A DNA stretch of 64,000 nucleotides from Penicillus capitatus (taxonomy: Eukaryota; Plantae; Chlorophyta): assembly GCA_965649825.1 (NCBI GenBank), contig OZ287698.1:1131949-1195948 (forward strand), in the 5' to 3' direction. This document shows positions 58,440-64,000 of this stretch, one piece after another (within the stretch, counting starts at the first letter, position 1; each line of letters starts with the position of its first letter). The notes under the pieces were generated by a model. That model ran no database searches. It had not been told where the DNA came from and saw only the letters and a program-made list of their open reading frames with translations. Made by a program: the position numbers and the translations under genes.

Positions 58440-60050
58440 ATGCCACCTCGGCGCAAACCGGTCGCCAAATGCCGCTATCTTTTCAACCCTCCGAAGATGC
58501 GAGGATGGGGACACATCGACCCTGAGCAGCAGCCGGAATACGACGCCAATGTGTGGCAACCCGACCCTACATTCCAGGCTCTCAGCACACGCACGTCAAC
58601 ACGGCAGCGCGTCGGACAATCTTCAACGCCGCCGGCACCGATCCCGCATCCAGGAACGAGGCGACAGCATCTTCAACCTCGTCGCCGTCGCGGTGTGCCG
58701 GAATTGACGGTCTTCATTGTGTGGACGCTCGAAGATCTGGAATACATAACGCTGCAGGAATGCAATGCGATATGGCCTCTTTCGAAGGCGGAAATCATTG
58801 GCCGTGGAAAGGTCAAGGTCACGCTCACGAAACAAGAAGAGGTCGCTCAGGTGCTGATGCTGCGGTCGGCACTGGGCTTGTCTATCAAAGTAAGGGAGTA
58901 CAAAGACTATTTCTCAGGAATTACATCGACGCCGTCTCTGGAAGGCAAACTCAGACGCGAAGCGCAGTGGCTACCTTGGCACCAGCCTCTACGCTCATGG
59001 GCCGTGTTGACATCTGAGCAGCGAAGTTTTGATCCATGGACTGATGTGGAGCGCTGGTTTCCACCGCCTTCTTTTCACGTAGCCTGCCAGACGCCCACCG
59101 GCAATGAGATCTTGAACTACGATCACATCTCCAATGCGTTTACTCAAGGAATTCAGGCTCTCTACAAATCATGGGAGCCCAATCCGACATCGGCCGATCT
59201 TGTCGTCGTTTTGGAAATAAACGAGACCAATGATCTCACACTTTTGCTGGAAGTACAGCCATGCTGCGTCTTACCAAATCCTTACTCGGCGTCTTTTCAG
59301 CCCATCCACCACGTCTCCATTGGCCATGCGTTGTTGACTGTCGCCAATGTCGAGTCCGAAGATATCAGGATTGTCAACTGTCAGTGTTCTTTGCTAGACA
59401 TCACGGAAGCCATCGTGCAGCACGAGACACTTGACAGTCACATCACTATCTGCGATGCCGATCCCTCGATCGTCGAAGCTGCTGTGAGAACTGCCAGGCA
59501 ATGGTCAGAAGAGGAGAATGTCAATGGTGTGGTCTGTCCCATGGAGTGCTTGCCGTTCAAGGACAGCAGTGTCGATGTCGTGATCGGATATCTCCATGCC
59601 GATCGAAACGATCATGCACGGCAGAAGCTCTCCAGGCAGCTGCAGCAGATGGCCCGCATTTGTTGTCTCTCGACAGGGCGTGTTTGCTTCCTGACGAATC
59701 AAGAAGACATTGTCGATATGATCCTAGTGCTTGGAGCACCATGGGCATCGCAGAAGAAGATTACGACAAATTTCCGTTCCTTCGCATCCACGCTGTACAT
59801 CCTCGATCGCAGTGCCATCCCCCACACGTCCTCAGAAACTGTCTCTGCTGTATCGCGTTTTCGCACAAGGGCCAACAGAGGTGGTCGTCCCAATCGTTCC
59901 AGTGTTCTTCCGGACAGTCACAGTCCACATGCGTATTCCGCATTGCCTCTCCTTTGGCCATCTGCCATGCATCCAGATGCATATGATCAACGGCATGACG
60001 ATTACAATGACATGCAGGATGATGATATGGACTGGGCAAGAGACATCTAA
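58440..60050 (+). CDS. THUMP-domain / class I methyltransferase-fold protein (THUMPD2/3-like, divergent)
   Basis: 536-aa ORF; THUMP-like SFHVACQ...LVVVLEINE; MTase-fold ICDADPSIVEAA and LPFKDSSVDVVI...MARIC. Confidence 0.6.
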   Translation: MPPRRKPVAKCRYLFNPPKMRGWGHIDPEQQPEYDANVWQPDPTFQALSTRTSTRQRVGQSSTPPAPIPHPGTRRQHLQPRRRRGVPELTVFIVWTLEDLEYITLQECNAIWPLSKAEIIGRGKVKVTLTKQEEVAQVLMLRSALGLSIKVREYKDYFSGITSTPSLEGKLRREAQWLPWHQPLRSWAVLTSEQRSFDPWTDVERWFPPPSFHVACQTPTGNEILNYDHISNAFTQGIQALYKSWEPNPTSADLVVVLEINETNDLTLLLEVQPCCVLPNPYSASFQPIHHVSIGHALLTVANVESEDIRIVNCQCSLLDITEAIVQHETLDSHITICDADPSIVEAAVRTARQWSEEENVNGVVCPMECLPFKDSSVDVVIGYLHADRNDHARQKLSRQLQQMARICCLSTGRVCFLTNQEDIVDMILVLGAPWASQKKITTNFRSFASTLYILDRSAIPHTSSETVSAVSRFRTRANRGGRPNRSSVLPDSHSPHAYSALPLLWPSAMHPDAYDQRHDDYNDMQDDDMDWARDI

Positions 60051-60186
60051 GCGATGCCAGATCGTTTAATGGCTGAAATGAGAGATGGATGGATGGATGT
60101 CGTCGTCATGGCGAGAATCGATTGTTCGCAATACGTCTTATCACTATTGAAAATTTGTTCGCACGTTTGAACAGTTCGCGAAGACA

Positions 60187-61526
60187 ATGACAACGGACCT
60201 TTTCAGTAAGAAGAAATCGCCTCGCAAAGAATGGGAGGAAGTGGTGGAAGAGGACTTGAAAAGCGGTTTCGTTCTGCGTGACGCGTCGTCTGCCTTTCCG
60301 TCTCTGGACGAAGCCGCAAAAGTCGCGACGACGCAGAAGGGCCAAGGGCGAAAGAAACGAAATCAACCTCAGCAGAAAATCTCATATCAGGAGTTTATGT
60401 CGGGAAACGGAACGAGCGGCGCGTCGGCGGCATTTCGCCCGGCGCAAGACCGTGCCTTAACATATGCCGAACTCCAAATGTCATTGCCCACCGGGCCAAG
60501 ACCCAAGGATCCCAATCAATCCCAGACGCGAAATTGGAGTGGACGGCAAGGCAAGACACCGTATTTCGGTCAGAAAGGGCGGGATCGCTGTGCTGTGACG
60601 TAGGAGGGTATTCGGGTGGCAGTGGTGGACGATACGACCGTGAAGAGCGTCGGCGCTATGAACGCGACGACGAGTACGCACCGTCTCGCGCAGACGAGTC
60701 GAGGAATTGGGGAGCCGATCGGCCACAGCTAGGAAGCAGAAGTCATGACCGGCCGCCAAGTCGCGGCAGCAACTGGGGAGGCGGAGATGACCGAGACAGA
60801 GATAGCTCGTACGGTGGTGGACGAGGCGATACAGAGAATTGGTCACACAGCCGATATCAACCATCTCATCGCACTTATGATGAGAAACCGCGTCGTGGAT
60901 ACGGTTTTCATACTGGAAGTGGTGGAGAGAGAGGAGGTGGTGGCGGCGGTGGAGGTGGAGGTGGATATCAACAACGAACGGAGGATCGATGGAGTCATCA
61001 ACGTAGCTCAGCACCGACGCCGCCATTGAGTGATGGTTCCTCTCAAGGCAGACGTCCATTGTTCCTCTCAAAGAGAACAAAACCATTGACAGAAACACCA
61101 GAAATAGCGCCTGTTCGATCAAAGAACAATCCATTTGCGGATGCCAGACCTAGAGAAGACGTATTGAGAGATCGAGGCACATCTTCGGATGTTTACTCAT
61201 CCAAGTACGCTGCACAGATGCAAAAGAGAGAAAAGAGTAAGATGATGTGACTTGTGCCCTGCAGGTCAGATATTGCGAGTGATCAGGATTTTAGAAGTCA
61301 GCCTGGATCGCCGGGAGGCAGTTACCGTGGTTCGTCTGTCGCCGGCACCGAATCCAAGGCAGAAGTGCCACAGCCTCGACGTCGAGAGGATCCATTTGGC
61401 GGAGCGAAACCACGAGAAGTTGTATTGAGCGAACGGTATGTTTTCTTAACGGTATGCAAAGATGCTCAGTGGGTGTTCAGGACATCACGATCCGGAAGGG
61501 GCACACCCTCTTCCGTAGATCACTGA
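60187..61526 (+). CDS. eIF4B: Plant-type translation initiation factor eIF4B (GC-AG intron at 60551-60603)
   Basis: SAFPSLDEAA, LPTGPR, PSRADESRNW, RPLFLSKRT, NPFADARPREDVL and DPFGGAKPREVVL. Confidence 0.9.
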
Positions 61527-62263
61527 AGGGCCAGGCCCTGTGCTCTTCCATGTCCGACTGCCGTCTATCATGTGTTGTTATGTGTGTAGAGGTGTCAGCA
61601 GTGTCATGGATGAGGAGTACAAGACGGAGATTTGCAGCTCGATGACATGAGCCAAACCGGGAGAAATTGCGGAAGGCATCAGTGATGATGATGTGTCTGT
61701 TTGTGGGTCCAATCTGACAGGACCTCTCTCATTCCCATTGGCCTTGAAGCTATCTATTTCATGAAACTGGAGAAGTTTTCTTTCAAGGAAGGGGGAAGAC
61801 ACGCACAATGTTTCATTCTCCTTGCAATTTTCTTACCCCTTCGCAGATTTTCATTTTGATGATGTCTCTTTTCTTTACCTGAAGAAAAAGACTTCTTCTT
61901 TCTCAGACACTCTGCCTCTGGTCTCTCTCTATGTTGTCGTTCGTTGTCTCTGGTCTACCACCCACCCTTAGCACATTTCTGAGGCAGACTGGTATCGTTT
62001 TCTACAGCACTGCATGTTTCGCACAGATGGCGTTGTCGTCGCTGTTTCATAAGCAATGAAGAAATAATTCTGCACCAGCTGCTGAACAAGCCTCACCCGT
62101 CTACCTTCAACTCAAGAGCGGTGTTTAGTTGTGCAACCATCTTCATTTTGGCTCTTTCCACCATTGGTTCTAAAATTCAGCAGTAATAATCTATTGTCGT
62201 TGTCATATGTCTGTCACGTTTGAACGACTCTCTCAGTAAATGGCACATAGAACTGTTGTGGAT

Positions 62264-64000
62264 TTACGGTTGCTTCTGTTGGATATGTTGTTCAAGGGAC
62301 TCTCCAGTAATCTCTTCAAATAATCGCAGAATCTCGTCTGCCAATGAACACAGCTCAGGATTGGATGTCATACTCTGGACATCCATGATCCTTGGCAGTG
62401 TCTCGGGGATGAGAGGCGCAAATTCCTCTTTCGCCTGCGACACCATTTCTCGTACAATGCACAAACACAGCGTGCATCGATAGACACTCTTGGTCTTGGC
62501 ACAGCACCGCAACACCTGCATAAAAATGCCGTGTCATGATCAGAAAGCAACACCGTTGCATATATGACCTTGTGATTGACAGACTTTTGCAATCCACTCT
62601 GCCCTCCCAGTTGAATGAGAAGCATTGCCAAACAAAGGGAGAGCGGATCGGATTGGAATATCTCTGAGTGTTTGAAACGGAGATCCGGATGTTGGATTTC
62701 CCCAAGGCGCTGTGTAAAGCAATCGGATGGCGGATAGGCTCTCTTCAAGGCGCGAAGAGCAACGGACAGAATTCTCTCCATACTCTGCTGATGCAAAATA
62801 TCGTCCTCATCGTAAAGCAAGGCTCGATACAAGCACTGAAGAATATAGAATTTGAGCAGATAAGCATGAGTCTCTGCAGGGGAGATAGAAGCATCTGTCA
62901 TTCCTTTCTTGTGGACGACATCTTCAGAGGCACACAATTCCAGAGATGTATCCAAGAAAGCGGGAACGTAGACGACAAACAGGGATTTCAGTTTCTGCAT
63001 CAGTTCGGCAAGCAGATGGAAACCTGCAACACAACGAGGGATAGATATCGGCTGGTGAAACATCCAATCCAGTAATTCATCCAAAACAGGCTTGAACTGT
63101 TTTTCGCTGAGTTTCATCACAAAGCACTGGAATGCTTGAATGATACAGGACTCCACAGAGAAGGCATCTGAGATGTCCAACAGGTCCATTTGTCTAAGAT
63201 CCAACAGGCGAAGCAGGAAAGCAGAGATCTGTGGCAAAAGAATAACAGGATTGAGATCCGAGATAGACACACGATCTGAGCAAGAGGCACTTGTTGGAGG
63301 TAATGAGAAGCTGTGGTGCTGTCGAGCATCGAAATCAGGTGTTCGATGACGCCTAGATATCGACAGAGAAGAGCCGGATGATCTTTTGGGATCCATTCGT
63401 AACATTTCAGCAACTCTGGTAGCAACAAACGAATCGGAACGTCCCTTGGCAGTCGCTGCAGGATGTTTGTCATGAGAGACTGTGACATTGTGGCATCGGG
63501 CGTCTACAAAGCATCAGCTCCTCCATCCACTCAGCAAACGAGCAAGAGAATGTGCCTTGCAGCAGAAGATCGTTTTAAGCAGACGGGGAAGGTAAGGACT
63601 GAGGAAGGCTCCGAGCTGTTCCAGAAGCGCTTCCACCACCGCCAAGACACTGACCCACTCAAGTGGTTCATCTGGTGCATCTCCTGAAGCTGTTATCCCT
63701 AGAACACAGAACATGTGTGTTCAACACTGTTGGCTTTTCATTCTGTAACGAAATAGGAGAGACAAAGCGTGGAACATAGGGGCGGCGTCGATCAGCGTAG
63801 AGGAAGATGGTTCATCAGCATTGATCAGTCTGACGTGCAAGATATCATCACAAGACGTCCAATGACAGGCATATCATCCTGTTTCCTCACCTTGTGCACA
63901 GCAATCGATGTTGTTCAGCAGTGGAGGCATCAACTGTGACAAGGAGAAAGTGTGAATGGGTGTGATTTTGCTGATGGATGGATGGATACTGTTGGCAGAG
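62264..64000 (-). CDS. UTP10: U3 snoRNP protein UTP10/HEATR1, C-terminal part (BP28CT); gene continues beyond the window
   Basis: FVMKLSEKQFKPVLDELLDW, LKSLFVVY and EEFAPLIPETLPRIMD...EEITGESLEQHI. Confidence 0.9.

Noticed and set aside
62368-63405. Several plus-strand ORFs over this region
   Set aside because: They are antisense to UTP10, whose minus-strand frame carries the BP28CT motifs.
1-64000. Non-standard genetic code (TAR=Gln as in some ulvophytes), CRISPR arrays, tRNA/rRNA/snRNA genes
   Set aside because: Conserved genes terminate at TAA/TAG/TGA with no in-frame TAR in conserved exons. I recognised no repeat-spacer array or structural RNA signature by eye; an Infernal/tRNAscan run would be needed to exclude them fully.

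Overview
This is a very compact, intron-rich eukaryotic nuclear region. It is most likely from a chlorophyte green alga, based on plastid-targeted genes, SnRK2 and SnRK1-beta kinase genes, plant-type eIF4B, TGTAA poly(A)-like signals, introns mostly 45-65 nt and the standard genetic code. I can reconstruct about 38 protein-coding genes by hand-splicing. They include a 5'-truncated DNA polymerase delta, GST, an RBM45-like protein, a head-to-head GH17 pair, PPDK regulatory protein, a domesticated hAT/DUF659 gene, an ACC-synthase-like aminotransferase, SnRK2, ATP12, PDCD5, MPDU1, an EMSY-like protein, SnRK1-beta, PanK2, PurA, several cilium/centriole-type genes, a NEK kinase, eIF4B and UTP10. I saw no tRNA, rRNA, CRISPR array or intact transposon. 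The standout feature is in the SnRK2 gene, which has two tandem in-frame alternative exons, each encoding a complete but different activation segment. The second exon is enclosed by a long intronic inverted repeat, which suggests an RNA-structure-controlled, mutually exclusive activation-loop switch. Other notable points are at least six GC-AG introns, very short gene spacers and a 2.8-kb gene-free stretch with a pre-miRNA-like hairpin. All family assignments come from motif recognition without database searches, and gene ends in poorly conserved genes are approximate.
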